Assembly (NCBI GenBank): GCA_946560065.1
Contig: CAMNUE010000013.1
Span: 43,738 to 75,737 of the forward strand
Length of the DNA: 32,000 nt
From: an uncultured bacterium
GTDB lineage: Bacteria > Bacillota_I > Bacilli_A > RF39 > UBA660
Direction: 5' to 3'
Positions within the stretch are counted from its first letter, which is position 1; the number at the start of each line of letters is the position of its first letter. A model generated the notes under the pieces. That model did no database searches. It saw nothing but the letters and a program-made list of their open reading frames with translations, and was not told the DNA's origin. Both the position numbers and the translations under genes were made by a program. Positions 7,788-17,713 of the stretch are shown one piece after another.

Positions 7788-10160
7788 ATGATTAGTTTAG
7801 AATGGGTAAAAGATTATATAGACATTAGTGATCAAGATTTAGAAGAATTAGCTGTTAAGATTACAAAAGCTGGAATTAATGTTGAGAAAGTAATTACTAA
7901 TCAAATAAAACACTTAGTAATTGGTGAAGTAGTAGAGTGTGTTCCACATCCAGATAGTGATCATATGCATGTGTGCCATGTTAATGTAGGAAGCGATGAG
8001 CTAGTTCAAATCGTTTGTGGGGCACCTAATGTTAGAGAAGGAATCAAGGTAATTGTTGCCTTACCTGGAGCAGTGTTACCAGGAGATTTTGAGATTAAGA
8101 AAAGTAAGCTTCGTGGAGTTGAATCTAATGGAATGATTTGTGCTTTATATGAATTAGGACTTGAAGAGAAGACTGATGAGACTTATGCTAAAGGTATTGA
8201 AGAATTAGATAGTGCTGCACCAGTTGGAGGGAATCCTATTGCTTATCTTGGAATGGGAGATACTTTGTATGAGTTAGATATTCATAAACATCGTAATAAT
8301 GATTGCTACTACCATATTGGATTTGCTTATGAGATTGGTGCTATTTTAAATCGTCGTGTTAAATTACCAGAATTAACATTTAAGGAAGAGAAAGATAGTG
8401 TAGATAAACATTTTAAACTTAATGTTAATAGTAAAAAGTGTCCATTTTATTTAGCAAAAATGGTTACAGGAGTTGAGATTGGAGAAAGCCCAGATTTTAT
8501 TAAAAGACGCTTAGTTGCTGCTGGAATGAGACCAATTAATAATGTAGTTGATATTTCAAATTACGTTATGTTAGAGTTTGGACAACCACTTCATTTCTTT
8601 GATAAGGATAAACTTGGAGATGGAATACTAGTTAGAGATGCGAAGGAAAATGAAGAAGTAGTAACACTTGATGGTAAAAAAAGAGTATTAAAAAGTAGCG
8701 ATATTGTAATTACTGATGGTAAGAAGCCCGTTTGTATTGCAGGAGTTATGGGTGGAGAAAACACTGAAGTTGATGAGAATACTAAGAACATTTTAATAGA
8801 AGCTGCAATTTTTGATGCTGTAAGTATTCGTTATACTGCAAGTAACTTGGATTTACGTAGTGAAGCATCTATTAGATATGGTAAAGGATTAAGTTATGAA
8901 TATACTGAGATGGCTCTAAAACGTGCTTGTCACTTACTTGAGAAGTATGCAAATGCGAAGATTTTAACTGGCGTAGTTAGACATGATTCTATTGATAAGA
9001 CACCTAAGAAGGTTGAATTTATTCCCGAAGATGTTAATAAATTACTTGGTATTACTGTTAGTGAAGATGATATGAAAGTAGAACTTGAAAGACTTGAGTT
9101 TGATTATGAGCTTGTAGATGGTAAGTTTATCGTAACTATTCCATCCCGTAGACTTGATATTGATCCTAATGTTAATGATATTGCGGAAGAGATTGGTAGA
9201 CTTTATGGATATCATAATCTTGTTAGTACAATTCCAACTGTTCCAATTAGACGTGGACAATATGTTGGAGATGTTAAATATCGTAAGATGCTTTCAAAAA
9301 GACTTAGGGGTCTTGGATTAAATGAAGTTAAAACTTATACTTTAGTTTCCCCTGAGATGGCAAGTGTTTTTAAATATAGAGAAGTTGAAAATGCTATTTT
9401 ACCTAATCCAATGAGTAGTGATAAGAGTATTGTTAGAACTAGTTTAATTCCATCTTTATTAAATGTTTATAGTTATAATAAAAAACGTAAGGTAAAAGAT
9501 ATTTGTATTTATGAAATAGCTAAGACTTATGATAAGAAGTATAATGAGACTAGTTTAGTATGTGGACTTGTTTCTGGAAATTATTCAAGTAATGGTTGGA
9601 GTAAGCCAGTTAAGTATGATTTCTATACTATAAAGGGTATTGTTGAGAATATACTTGATTTTATGGGATTTAAGAATAGATATAGTTTTGAGATTAGCGA
9701 TGCGACTGATTTACATCCTGGGGTTAGTGCGAATATTTTACTTGATAGAAAGAAAATTGGTATTCTTGGTAGAGTTCATCCAAGTATTAATAAAGATGAG
9801 ATTTATGTATTTGAATTATCACTTAATGCTTTAATGAGTAAGATTAAGCCATTGAAATATAGGGAGGCTCCAAAATATCCAGGAATGGAGAGAGATATGG
9901 CTTTCATATTAGATAAAGATGTTACTGCAGGAGAAGTTATGACTACTATTAAAAAAGCAGGTGGCAGATTACTAGATTCTGTTACAGTATTTGATGTTTA
10001 TACTGGAGAGAATGTTGCTGATGATAAGAAGTCAATTGCTTTTACTGTTAACTTTATGGATTCTAGTCGTACTCTTACCGAGGAAGAGGTTATGACAGTA
10101 TTTAATAATATAATAGATAAAGTTGTTAGTGTGCATGGAGCAGAATTAAGAGATAAATAA
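7788..10160 (+). CDS. pheT: Phenylalanine--tRNA ligase beta subunit
   Basis: 'MISLEWVKDYI' N-terminus, tRNA-binding domain 'HPDSDHMHVCHVNVG', B3/4 and B5 regions, and a C-terminal FDX-ACB-like 'VFDVYTGENV...KSIAF'. AGGAGG precedes ATG 7788; the ORF-track start at 7764 overlaps pheS. Confidence 0.97.
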   Translation: MISLEWVKDYIDISDQDLEELAVKITKAGINVEKVITNQIKHLVIGEVVECVPHPDSDHMHVCHVNVGSDELVQIVCGAPNVREGIKVIVALPGAVLPGDFEIKKSKLRGVESNGMICALYELGLEEKTDETYAKGIEELDSAAPVGGNPIAYLGMGDTLYELDIHKHRNNDCYYHIGFAYEIGAILNRRVKLPELTFKEEKDSVDKHFKLNVNSKKCPFYLAKMVTGVEIGESPDFIKRRLVAAGMRPINNVVDISNYVMLEFGQPLHFFDKDKLGDGILVRDAKENEEVVTLDGKKRVLKSSDIVITDGKKPVCIAGVMGGENTEVDENTKNILIEAAIFDAVSIRYTASNLDLRSEASIRYGKGLSYEYTEMALKRACHLLEKYANAKILTGVVRHDSIDKTPKKVEFIPEDVNKLLGITVSEDDMKVELERLEFDYELVDGKFIVTIPSRRLDIDPNVNDIAEEIGRLYGYHNLVSTIPTVPIRRGQYVGDVKYRKMLSKRLRGLGLNEVKTYTLVSPEMASVFKYREVENAILPNPMSSDKSIVRTSLIPSLLNVYSYNKKRKVKDICIYEIAKTYDKKYNETSLVCGLVSGNYSSNGWSKPVKYDFYTIKGIVENILDFMGFKNRYSFEISDATDLHPGVSANILLDRKKIGILGRVHPSINKDEIYVFELSLNALMSKIKPLKYREAPKYPGMERDMAFILDKDVTAGEVMTTIKKAGGRLLDSVTVFDVYTGENVADDKKSIAFTVNFMDSSRTLTEEEVMTVFNNIIDKVVSVHGAELRDK

Positions 10161-10170
10161 TTTATAATAA

Positions 10171-10211
10171 AAAACAATTATTGTTGACGTAAAGATAATA
10201 ATTGTTTTTTT
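10171..10211 (+). terminator. Rho-independent terminator after pheT
   Basis: aaaacaattatt (10171-10182) pairs with aataattgtttt (10197-10208), and the T-run extends to 10211. Confidence 0.6.
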
Positions 10212-10263
10212 GAATGATTAATAATTTATATTTTTTATGGTAAGATTTTTATAGGTGATAATT

Positions 10264-11007
10264 ATGAATAAGAGAGTTATTGTTTCAATTGCGTATATTT
10301 GTTTTTCTACTTTTATTATGTGGTTAGTTTATACATTTACTCATGATTTATTGGGATGTTTTGCTACTTTATTATTAATTTTAGTTTTTTATGGTATTAT
10401 TAACAGTACTTTTATAGAATCAAAGAAGGAAAAAATCATTTATGATATGCCAGAGTCTGAAATAATTAAAAGAGTAAAGGAGAATGATGAGAATTTTTCC
10501 AAAGAGAATTTTTATATTTTTGTTAAGAATATTATTCATTTCTTTTATGATGCACGAATGGGAGAAAATCTAGATAAAATAAAGTCTTTGGTTAGTGAAT
10601 CGTTTTATACTTACTTAAATAATATGATTTTAACTGATAAAAGTAATGGTTTGGACAGAATTATTGTTGATTTAGAAATTAAGGGTGTTGTACTTAAAAA
10701 TTATTATGTTAAGGATGATTATGAATTTATTGAAGTTTTAACAGACTATCGTTATAATGATTTTACATTGAAACAGGCAACACAAGAGATTAATGATGTT
10801 GGTAAGTATCGATTTGTGAAGTATATTTATACTTTTTCTCGAAAGATTGGTAATCATAACAAATTAATTTCTTATAAGAATAATTGTCCGGGGTGTGGGG
10901 CTAATAATTGTAACTTTGTGATGGGTGTTTGTGTTAGATGTGGTTATATGGTTGGAAATTATGGCGATTTTATATTGGAAAGTATTGTAGGTGTTAAAGA
11001 TGAGTAA
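10264..11007 (+). CDS. Membrane protein: two N-terminal TM helices, a Tim44-like/NTF2-like domain (tentative) and a C-terminal zinc ribbon
   Basis: AGGTGA precedes ATG 10264. It has two hydrophobic helices and a C-terminal 'CPGCGANNCNFVMGVCVRCG' (CxxC...CxxC). Its architecture is paralogous to the next gene. Confidence 0.65.
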   Translation: MNKRVIVSIAYICFSTFIMWLVYTFTHDLLGCFATLLLILVFYGIINSTFIESKKEKIIYDMPESEIIKRVKENDENFSKENFYIFVKNIIHFFYDARMGENLDKIKSLVSESFYTYLNNMILTDKSNGLDRIIVDLEIKGVVLKNYYVKDDYEFIEVLTDYRYNDFTLKQATQEINDVGKYRFVKYIYTFSRKIGNHNKLISYKNNCPGCGANNCNFVMGVCVRCGYMVGNYGDFILESIVGVKDE

Positions 11008-11842
11008 TGGTGATGATAAAAGAGTATTTGATAATAGCACAGAGGATTATAAAACTGAGGAAGATACATCTGGTAATATTTTCATATTTAGAGCTATGGG
11101 AATAGTAACTTTTTTGTTGATTGGTAGTTTAATTTCTTATGGTTTTTCTGTACCAACAATTGTTTTATTATTGATGGATGTAGCTTTATTTATGGTAATA
11201 TTTGGAATTAAATTAGATCGAGCAAAATATAAAAAAAGGACTTCTAATGATAAATTAGATATTGTAGGTTTGGCAGATGATAAGGAATTTAATAATTTTG
11301 ATTTAAATAATGATGGATATGTAGATTTATATGAGTATTATACTAAATCTGAAGATGAGGTAGAAAAGCTTATTAAAGAAAAGTGTCCAACTTTTTCTAA
11401 TAATGAATTTTATAATTATATAAAGAAGAGTATTTTTATTATTGAAAATGGGCTTAATGAAGGTGATTATGAAGCATTTAGTGGTTATTTAAATTATAGT
11501 TATTATAGGCGTTTAAAAAATAAGATTAGAGTTAAAAAAAATAGTGATAGAGTTCTTAACAAAATAGTTGGTGTTGTCTTAAAAGATTGTATTTTAGATG
11601 ATAATATTATGACTGTTAAAGTGGCAATCACTTTGAATTATAAAACTAAAAGTAAGAATGAGGTTTTTGTACTTACTTATATTAATAATTTAAAAGATAA
11701 TTTTAATAATAATGATAAATGTTTTAACTGTGGGGCAGCTTTAGAAAAGGGAATATGTAGTTATTGTGATACTTACAATTATTTTGCTTATAATGGTTTA
11801 ATTTTAAGTGATAAGGTTGCGATTAGAATTAGTGGTGATTAA
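11000..11842 (+). CDS. Paralogous membrane protein: two TM helices, an EF-hand-like loop, a Tim44-like domain (tentative) and a zinc ribbon
   Basis: ATG 11000 overlaps the upstream stop (ATGAGTAA). 'DLNNDGYVDLYE' (11300-11335) fits the 12-residue EF-hand loop. C-terminal 'CFNCGAALEKGICSYCD'. Confidence 0.65.
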   Translation: MSNGDDKRVFDNSTEDYKTEEDTSGNIFIFRAMGIVTFLLIGSLISYGFSVPTIVLLLMDVALFMVIFGIKLDRAKYKKRTSNDKLDIVGLADDKEFNNFDLNNDGYVDLYEYYTKSEDEVEKLIKEKCPTFSNNEFYNYIKKSIFIIENGLNEGDYEAFSGYLNYSYYRRLKNKIRVKKNSDRVLNKIVGVVLKDCILDDNIMTVKVAITLNYKTKSKNEVFVLTYINNLKDNFNNNDKCFNCGAALEKGICSYCDTYNYFAYNGLILSDKVAIRISGD

Positions 11843-11846
11843 TAGT

Positions 11847-11884
11847 AAAGAGGCTTAGATATTTTCATCTAGGCCTCTTTTTAC
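11847..11884. terminator. Bidirectional terminator between convergent genes
   Basis: aaagaggcttagat/atctaggcctcttt has a 14-bp stem with one G-U pair. It is flanked by A-rich sequence on one side and T-rich sequence on the other, and overlaps the 3' end of sspI. Confidence 0.65.
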
Positions 11885-12082
11885 TCTTTTTCTGATAATT
11901 TCTATAAGTTCATTTTTTAGTTCTTGAGAAGCATTTTCCCAAATTAGTTCTAGGAAAACACCTAATCCAGGAAGGGTTAGTTCATCTTTAGATTTAACTG
12001 ATTCATCAATGGCTCTTTTTAAGGTTTCGAAGTCATCTCCTTGAAAGTTATTAATTATATGACGTCTGATATCTATATCCAT
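11855..12082 (-). CDS. sspI: Small acid-soluble spore protein SspI family
   Basis: 'MDIDIRRHIINNFQGDD...LTLPGLGVFLELIWENASQELKNE' follows the B. subtilis SspI pattern (MDLNLR...N.SG...MLPGLGVLFEVIW..A...K.E). In B. subtilis sspI also sits next to pheST and ysgA. Confidence 0.7.
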   Translation of the reverse strand: MDIDIRRHIINNFQGDDFETLKRAIDESVKSKDELTLPGLGVFLELIWENASQELKNELIEIIRKRVKRGLDENI

Positions 12083-12105
12083 GTATATTCATTCCTTTCT
12101 AAAAG

Positions 12106-12135
12106 TATTATGATTGGAATGCGTTTTTTTTATTC
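12106..12135 (-). promoter_or_regulatory. Forespore (sigma-G/sigma-F type) promoter candidate for sspI
   Basis: On the - strand: GAATA (12135-12131), an 18-nt spacer, then CATAATA (12112-12106). This fits GHATR-N17/18-CAHWHTA and lies about 23 nt upstream of the sspI ATG. Confidence 0.45.
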
Positions 12136-12149
12136 ATTTTAAGCTAAAA

Positions 12150-13883
12150 TTATTTTTCGATTTGTTCACTCTCATAGAGTTTTTTATAGTTGTTATTGTT
12201 TTCAAGTAACTCTTTATGTGTCCCTTCAGCTGTAATTTTACCATTTTCTACTAAGAGTATTCTATCCGAATTTTTAATAGTAGAAAGACGATGGGCAATT
12301 ATTAGTATTGTGTATTCTCCCTTTAAGTTATCAATAGCTTTTTGAATACTTGTTTGTGTTTCATTATCTAGGGCACTTGTTGCTTCGTCGAATAAAATTA
12401 TTTTTGTTTTTTGAATTAAAGCTCTGGCAATAGCTAGTCTTTGTTTTTGACCACCACTTAAATTAGTACCACCTTCACCAATTATAGTATTTAATTTATG
12501 TGGAAGACTATTAACGAATTCATCTAGACAGGCTAATTTTAATGCTTCTTTAATTTCTTTATCAGAGATATTTTCTTTTACTAAATGGAAGTTATCTCTG
12601 ATACTCATATTAAAGATATAGGGATTTTGTGAAATAACAGTAATATTACTTCTTATTGAATCTTCATCTAAGGTATTAATATCACTATTATCGATAAGAA
12701 TCTGACCTTTATCTATGTCATATATTTTTCCTAAGAGATTAAAGATTGTACTTTTACCAGCACCACTTCGTCCTACAAAGGCAACTGTTTCGCCGCTATT
12801 GATTTTAAAGGACATATTATTTAAAACTTTAGAATTATCATTGTATGAGAAAGAAACATTTTTAAATTCAAAGTTTCCTTGAATATTATCTAGGTGATTA
12901 GTACTAAATTTTTCTTGTTGGAACTCTTTATTTTCAATGATAGCAAAGACTCTACTTGTTGAGATATTAAAGTTTTTCACTTCTTCTAATAAAAGGGAAA
13001 TGTTATCCATGAAGTTTGTCATAATATTTGTTTTGTAGGTAAATAAGGCAACTGCGATAGCAGAAGAAATAATATTCTTTTTTATAAGAATAATAAGTAA
13101 GATTATAAGGGTGAATATAAAGATGTCAGATAATATTTTTATTAGGAGAGAGTAGGATAAATTTAATTTTCTTCTATTGTATGACTTAATGTTTTTTTGA
13201 ATTATTTCGTTATCCAATTTTTCAAGAAAAGTTTGTTTTGCAGAAAGCATTTTTAAATCTTTTTCTCCTCTAACTAATTCTCCAACTAGACTTGAGACTT
13301 TATCTCTTTGTTTTCTTACTTGAATATCTAATTTGGCCATTTTATTACTTTTAGTTAAATGAAGGGCAGTTAAGATTATGGCAACTAAAAAGTAAAAACA
13401 AAAGACATATTTATTAATGATAAAGATGGCAATAAAAATTCCGGTATTCATTAGTGTTCTGGAGATATATCCTGTTCCATGAGTAAACATATCAGCCATA
13501 TTATCAGTGTCATTTGTAAGTCGTTCAATGAAGGTACCAGTACCATTTGTTTGAATATCTTTTTCACGTATTTTTAAGAGTTCTGTTCCTAATTTTATTT
13601 GAAGATTTTTAATAGTACCAATTCTAAATTTATTACAAGCAATCCCCATAATAAGGGTATTTAATTCATTTATCATACTGATTCCTAAGACCATAAGACT
13701 AGCAAGTATTAATTCTTCATAGATGTTATTGGTTAGAAGAGTGATTTGTTTGGCAGTATAAAGGGGTAGAATGATTCCAACTATTATTTGGATAATGGAT
13801 GTTAAAAATATTAGGATGAAGTGTTTACGATATTCATTAGATACTTTAAAAACTTTCTTTAAATTTGTTATCGTTTCTTTCAT
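12150..13883 (-). CDS. ABC transporter, fused permease/ATP-binding protein (exporter type, MsbA/multidrug-like)
   Basis: The N-terminal half has six hydrophobic segments. Walker A 'GRSGAGKST', signature 'LSGGQKQRLAIARAL', Walker B 'ILFDEATSALD' and an H-loop 'IAHRL'. Confidence 0.92.
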   Translation of the reverse strand: MKETITNLKKVFKVSNEYRKHFILIFLTSIIQIIVGIILPLYTAKQITLLTNNIYEELILASLMVLGISMINELNTLIMGIACNKFRIGTIKNLQIKLGTELLKIREKDIQTNGTGTFIERLTNDTDNMADMFTHGTGYISRTLMNTGIFIAIFIINKYVFCFYFLVAIILTALHLTKSNKMAKLDIQVRKQRDKVSSLVGELVRGEKDLKMLSAKQTFLEKLDNEIIQKNIKSYNRRKLNLSYSLLIKILSDIFIFTLIILLIILIKKNIISSAIAVALFTYKTNIMTNFMDNISLLLEEVKNFNISTSRVFAIIENKEFQQEKFSTNHLDNIQGNFEFKNVSFSYNDNSKVLNNMSFKINSGETVAFVGRSGAGKSTIFNLLGKIYDIDKGQILIDNSDINTLDEDSIRSNITVISQNPYIFNMSIRDNFHLVKENISDKEIKEALKLACLDEFVNSLPHKLNTIIGEGGTNLSGGQKQRLAIARALIQKTKIILFDEATSALDNETQTSIQKAIDNLKGEYTILIIAHRLSTIKNSDRILLVENGKITAEGTHKELLENNNNYKKLYESEQIEK

Positions 13884-13910
13884 ATAAGTACTCCTTTTTT
13901 CTTTACTCTT

Positions 13911-13919
13911 ATGATAACA
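13911..13919 (-). promoter_or_regulatory. Extended -10 element (TGtTATCAT) upstream of the ABC exporter
   Basis: The reverse complement of atgataaca is TGTTATCAT, about 27 nt upstream of the ATG at 13883, with AAGGAG in between. Confidence 0.4.
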
Positions 13920-14006
13920 TTATTATTTAGAAAATACTAGGATTGAACATGTTTTAAATCTTTATTTTTCTATTTAGATATTGTAAAATAGAAGTGGTGA
14001 TGTGAG

Positions 14007-14645
14007 ATGCAACTGTCGTATAATAATAAAGATTATGATGTAGTAATTGAAAAGAAAAGTGGGAATAAAAATACCTATATTAGAGTCAAGAAGGATTTGA
14101 AAGTTCATGTGACAACGTCTTTGTTTACTAGTATGAGGTCAATTACTAAACTTATAGAGGATAATTATGATAGAATTTGTCGAATGATTGATTTTCAAGA
14201 AGTTAAAGCTAAGAACAATAGTGGTTTCTTTTATTTAGGAAAGCAATATGTTTTAATTAGAACAGATAGTCCAGGTATTACTTTTAGTGGAGATAAAGTT
14301 TATGTTAATCATGAATTTGATATTGATAAGTGGTATAAGGTGGAGGCAAAGAAATTATTTTTAGAACGTTTGAATTATAATTATGAACATTATACTAGAA
14401 AGATACCTTATCCTAAATTAAGGATTAGGAAGATGACTAGTAGATGGGGTGTTTGTAATATTAGAACTCATATTATTACACTTAACTTAGAACTTATAAA
14501 AAGAGATGTTAGTTATCTCGATTATGTTATTATTCATGAAATGACTCATTTAGTACATGGAGATCATTCTGCAAGATTTTGGAAGGTAGTAGAAGAGAAT
14601 ATGCCTAATTATAAAAAATATCGAGAAGAAATGAAGGAGTTTTAA
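14007..14645 (+). CDS. YgjP-like (DUF45/M48-related) metal-dependent hydrolase
   Basis: 'RWGVCN...ITLNLELI' and 'VIIHEMTHLVHGDHSARFW' are the family's hallmark HExxH...H..FW. Confidence 0.85.
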   Translation: MQLSYNNKDYDVVIEKKSGNKNTYIRVKKDLKVHVTTSLFTSMRSITKLIEDNYDRICRMIDFQEVKAKNNSGFFYLGKQYVLIRTDSPGITFSGDKVYVNHEFDIDKWYKVEAKKLFLERLNYNYEHYTRKIPYPKLRIRKMTSRWGVCNIRTHIITLNLELIKRDVSYLDYVIIHEMTHLVHGDHSARFWKVVEENMPNYKKYREEMKEF

Positions 14646-15376
14646 TGGTTATTACAAGTTTAGAAAATGAAAAAGTTAAGGGATTAGTAAAATTACAGAA
14701 AAAGAAGTATCGTGATTTAGAGGGAAGATATGTAGTTGAAGGTGATCATCTTGTATTAGAAGCTTATAAGGCTGGAGTTGTTTTGGAATTATTTATCTTG
14801 GAAGGTGAAGGGTATTCATATGATACTTCTGTCACTTTTGTAAGTTATGAGGTGATGAAGAAGATTACGGTAATGGAGACCGTTCCTAGAATTGTTGCTT
14901 TATGTAAAAAGAATGATAGTGGAGAGATTCTTGGAAGAAGAATTTTGTTGCTTGATGAGTTGCAAGATCCAGGAAATTTGGGAACCATTATTCGTAGTGC
15001 GGTAGCTTTTAATATTGATACTATTATCTTGTCGGAAAATGCAGTTGATTTATATAATCCTAAGGTACTTAGGGCAACACAAGGAATGTATAATTATGTT
15101 AATATTATTAGAATGAATTCTCATGATGCTATAGCTAGGTTAAAAGATTTAGAAATTACAGTTTATGGAACTAATGTTAGTCGTGGTGTTGATGTACGAA
15201 GTTTAAGTAGCGATGCTAAAACTAACTTCTGTTTAGTAATGGGAAACGAAGGTAATGGAGTTAGATTAGATGTTCAAGAAATGTGTGATAAGAATTTATA
15301 TATAAAGATGAATGACAATGTAGAGAGCTTAAATGTAGGAGTAGCATGTAGTATTTTACTTTATGAATTGTCTTAA
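14645..15376 (+). CDS. TrmH/SpoU-family RNA 2'-O-methyltransferase (YsgA/RlmB-like)
   Basis: SpoU motifs 'LDELQDPGNLGTIIRSAVAF', 'LVMGNEGNGV' and 'ESLNVGVACSILLYE'. Its start overlaps the upstream stop (TAATG). Confidence 0.9.
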   Translation: MVITSLENEKVKGLVKLQKKKYRDLEGRYVVEGDHLVLEAYKAGVVLELFILEGEGYSYDTSVTFVSYEVMKKITVMETVPRIVALCKKNDSGEILGRRILLLDELQDPGNLGTIIRSAVAFNIDTIILSENAVDLYNPKVLRATQGMYNYVNIIRMNSHDAIARLKDLEITVYGTNVSRGVDVRSLSSDAKTNFCLVMGNEGNGVRLDVQEMCDKNLYIKMNDNVESLNVGVACSILLYELS

Positions 15377-15388
15377 AAGAGGTTTTTT

Positions 15389-15925
15389 ATGAGAGAAATA
15401 GAATTAAAATTTAAAGTGGATAATTTAGTTGAATTTACAAATAACTTAGAAAGTCTTAATTGTACAATTAGTGATTATATTATGCAGAATGATACAATAT
15501 ATGTTTTTGATTTAGATAATGTTGAAAGTTGTGCAGGCTCTGTTTGGTTAAGAGTTAGAAGAGTTGATGATAAAGTTGAATTAAATTATAAGAAGCAAAG
15601 TTTAAAGAAAAGTGAGTCGCAGGAAATTGAATTTGGTGTTGATGACTATGAGAAAGCAAATAGTTTTTTAAAGGCTTTAGGTTATAAAGAATGGGTTAGA
15701 GTAAATAAAAAAAGAAGATATTCTAAATATGAAGGTGCTAATATTTGCATTGATGAAGTGGAAAGATTAGGTAATTTTGTTGAGATAGAGCTTTTAGTAG
15801 ATGAAGAAGATAAAGTGGATAATTATGAAGATGAATTGTTGAAGATTGCCGAGAAACTTGGTATAAATATTAAAAATAAAGTTGATGATCATTATGATAC
15901 GATGATTGCAAACTTGGAGGAGTAA
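15389..15925 (+). CDS. CYTH-domain protein (class IV adenylate cyclase / triphosphatase fold)
   Basis: N-terminal 'EIELKF' (the ExExK signature), 'WLRVRR', and 'FVEIEL' near the C-terminus. Confidence 0.8.
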   Translation: MREIELKFKVDNLVEFTNNLESLNCTISDYIMQNDTIYVFDLDNVESCAGSVWLRVRRVDDKVELNYKKQSLKKSESQEIEFGVDDYEKANSFLKALGYKEWVRVNKKRRYSKYEGANICIDEVERLGNFVEIELLVDEEDKVDNYEDELLKIAEKLGINIKNKVDDHYDTMIANLEE

Positions 15926-15927
15926 AA

Positions 15928-16413
15928 ATGGATAATGTTTATATAGGGAAGATTGTTAATACACATGGTATTAAAGGTGAACTTAGAATTATGAGTGATT
16001 TTCCTTTTAAGGAGAAGGTTTTTAAAGTAGGAAATAAATTAATAATAGATGGTTCTACTTATGTAATCAGAAGTTATCGAGTTCATAAGAATTTTGATAT
16101 GGTTACTTTAAATGATTACAAAGATATAAATGAAGTTTTATTTTTATTACGAAAGAAAGTGTATTTTTCAAAAGATGCTTTAAATCTTGCTGCTGATGAG
16201 GTGCTTGATGAAGACTTGTTAACTTTCAAAGTCTTGACAAATGAAGGAAAAACTGGCATAATAGAAGAAATTTTTTTCGCAAGTCGTGATAATAAAATAC
16301 TTAGAGTGAAATTTGATAAGGAAATCTTAATTCCTTATAATTCACCAATGATTGTAAAAATAGATAAGAATAAAAAAGAATTATATGTAGAATTACTTGA
16401 TGGTATGGAGTAA
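15928..16413 (+). CDS. rimM: 16S rRNA processing protein RimM
   Basis: '[16 protein letters not shown]' N-terminal signature and a PRC-barrel-like C-terminus, directly upstream of trmD. Confidence 0.9.
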   Translation: MDNVYIGKIVNTHGIKGELRIMSDFPFKEKVFKVGNKLIIDGSTYVIRSYRVHKNFDMVTLNDYKDINEVLFLLRKKVYFSKDALNLAADEVLDEDLLTFKVLTNEGKTGIIEEIFFASRDNKILRVKFDKEILIPYNSPMIVKIDKNKKELYVELLDGME

Positions 16414-16427
16414 TAGGGGTTGATTTT

Positions 16428-17099
16428 ATGAAGATTGATATTTTAACTTTATTTCCAGAAATGTTTAAAGGTGTTTTTGAAGAGTCCATTATTAAAAGAG
16501 CAATTAATAATGGAAAAGTTGAAATTAATTTAATAAATTTTAGGGATTATACAACAGACCCTCATAATAAAGTTGATGATACTCCTTATGGTGGAGGAGC
16601 GGGAATGGTGCTTACTTGTCAACCAATATTTGATTGCGTTAAAAGTATTAGAACAGAAAAGTCAAAAGTTATCTTGCTTACACCTGATGGAATTCAGTAC
16701 AAACAACGAATGGCTTATGATTTGGCTGAAGAAGAACATTTAATATTGATTTGTGGACATTATGAGGGATTTGATGAGCGAATTAGAAGTTTATGTGACA
16801 TGGAAATCAGTATTGGGGACTATGTACTTACGGGTGGAGAAATTCCTTCAATGGTTTTAGTAGATTCAATTGTGAGACTTATTCCTGGTGTTATAAATGA
16901 AAGAAGTCATATTGAGGACTCTTTTAAAGACAATTATTTATTAGATTATCCAAGTTATACAAAACCAAGAGTGTATGAAGGAATGGAAGTTCCAGAAATA
17001 TTACTTTCTGGTGATCACAAAAAAATTGATGAATATAGATATCAAGAAAGTTTGAAAAGAACCAGGGAGAGAAGACCAGATTTATTAGATAAAAAGTAG
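16428..17099 (+). CDS. trmD: tRNA (guanine37-N1)-methyltransferase
   Basis: '[13 protein letters not shown]', '[12 protein letters not shown]', '[13 protein letters not shown]', '[12 protein letters not shown]' and 'LLSGDHKKI'. Confidence 0.97.
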   Translation: MKIDILTLFPEMFKGVFEESIIKRAINNGKVEINLINFRDYTTDPHNKVDDTPYGGGAGMVLTCQPIFDCVKSIRTEKSKVILLTPDGIQYKQRMAYDLAEEEHLILICGHYEGFDERIRSLCDMEISIGDYVLTGGEIPSMVLVDSIVRLIPGVINERSHIEDSFKDNYLLDYPSYTKPRVYEGMEVPEILLSGDHKKIDEYRYQESLKRTRERRPDLLDKK

Positions 17100-17108
17100 G
17101 TGATATTG

Positions 17109-17561
17109 ATGTATTCTATTAGTGATATGAATTATTCCAATAAGGGAGAATTAGTTAATAAAAATGAACTTACAGAAATTAATGGTTTTATGATGGCTTC
17201 TAAAAATAAGGTTTTTCATATTAATGGATGTGAAATTCGTGAAATCAAAGTAGTTAATAAGAGACTAGCAAATCCTTTAGTAAGTAGAAAAGTATTTAAA
17301 CATTATAATAAACTAATTAGCTATTTAACAGAATTATTAGTTGATGATGATGATTCAGGAGATACTTTTAGAGAAGCATTAAACCAGATAGAGAAATTTA
17401 GATTAGAAATAAAAGTTAAATATCGAGAATTTTTACGACAAAAGGAACTTGAATTAATGTCAAAGCAACTAATGGCTTTGCAAAGAGAAGCTAAGATAAG
17501 GCTTATGGAAGTTCAAGATAGTTACTTGAATATGCTTAACTCTGGAAAGAAGAGTAAATAG
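17109..17561 (+). CDS. Hypothetical protein with a coiled-coil-like C-terminus
   Basis: AGGTGA (17097-17102) precedes ATG 17109; the ORF also opens at GTG 17100. No recognised motif. Confidence 0.55.
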   Translation: MYSISDMNYSNKGELVNKNELTEINGFMMASKNKVFHINGCEIREIKVVNKRLANPLVSRKVFKHYNKLISYLTELLVDDDDSGDTFREALNQIEKFRLEIKVKYREFLRQKELELMSKQLMALQREAKIRLMEVQDSYLNMLNSGKKSK

Positions 17562-17567
17562 TTTAAG

Positions 17568-17597
17568 AAATAGAAGTTTAAATGCTTCTATTTTTTT
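17568..17597 (+). terminator. Rho-independent terminator
   Basis: Stem atagaag/cttctat, loop tttaaatg, then T7. Confidence 0.6.
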
Positions 17598-17628
17598 ATA
17601 AAAAAATGTTTTATTTAAAATAAAGATA

Positions 17629-17637
17629 TGTTATACT
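17629..17637 (+). promoter_or_regulatory. Extended -10 promoter (TGtTATACT)
   Basis: A TGnTATACT lies about 80 nt upstream of the next ORF. Confidence 0.4.
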
Positions 17638-17713
17638 TTAGTATATAGTAGAGTAGGATTATACTATTCTGATTACTTAAACCTATTCATGAGAATTTAG
17701 GGATAAATTATAG

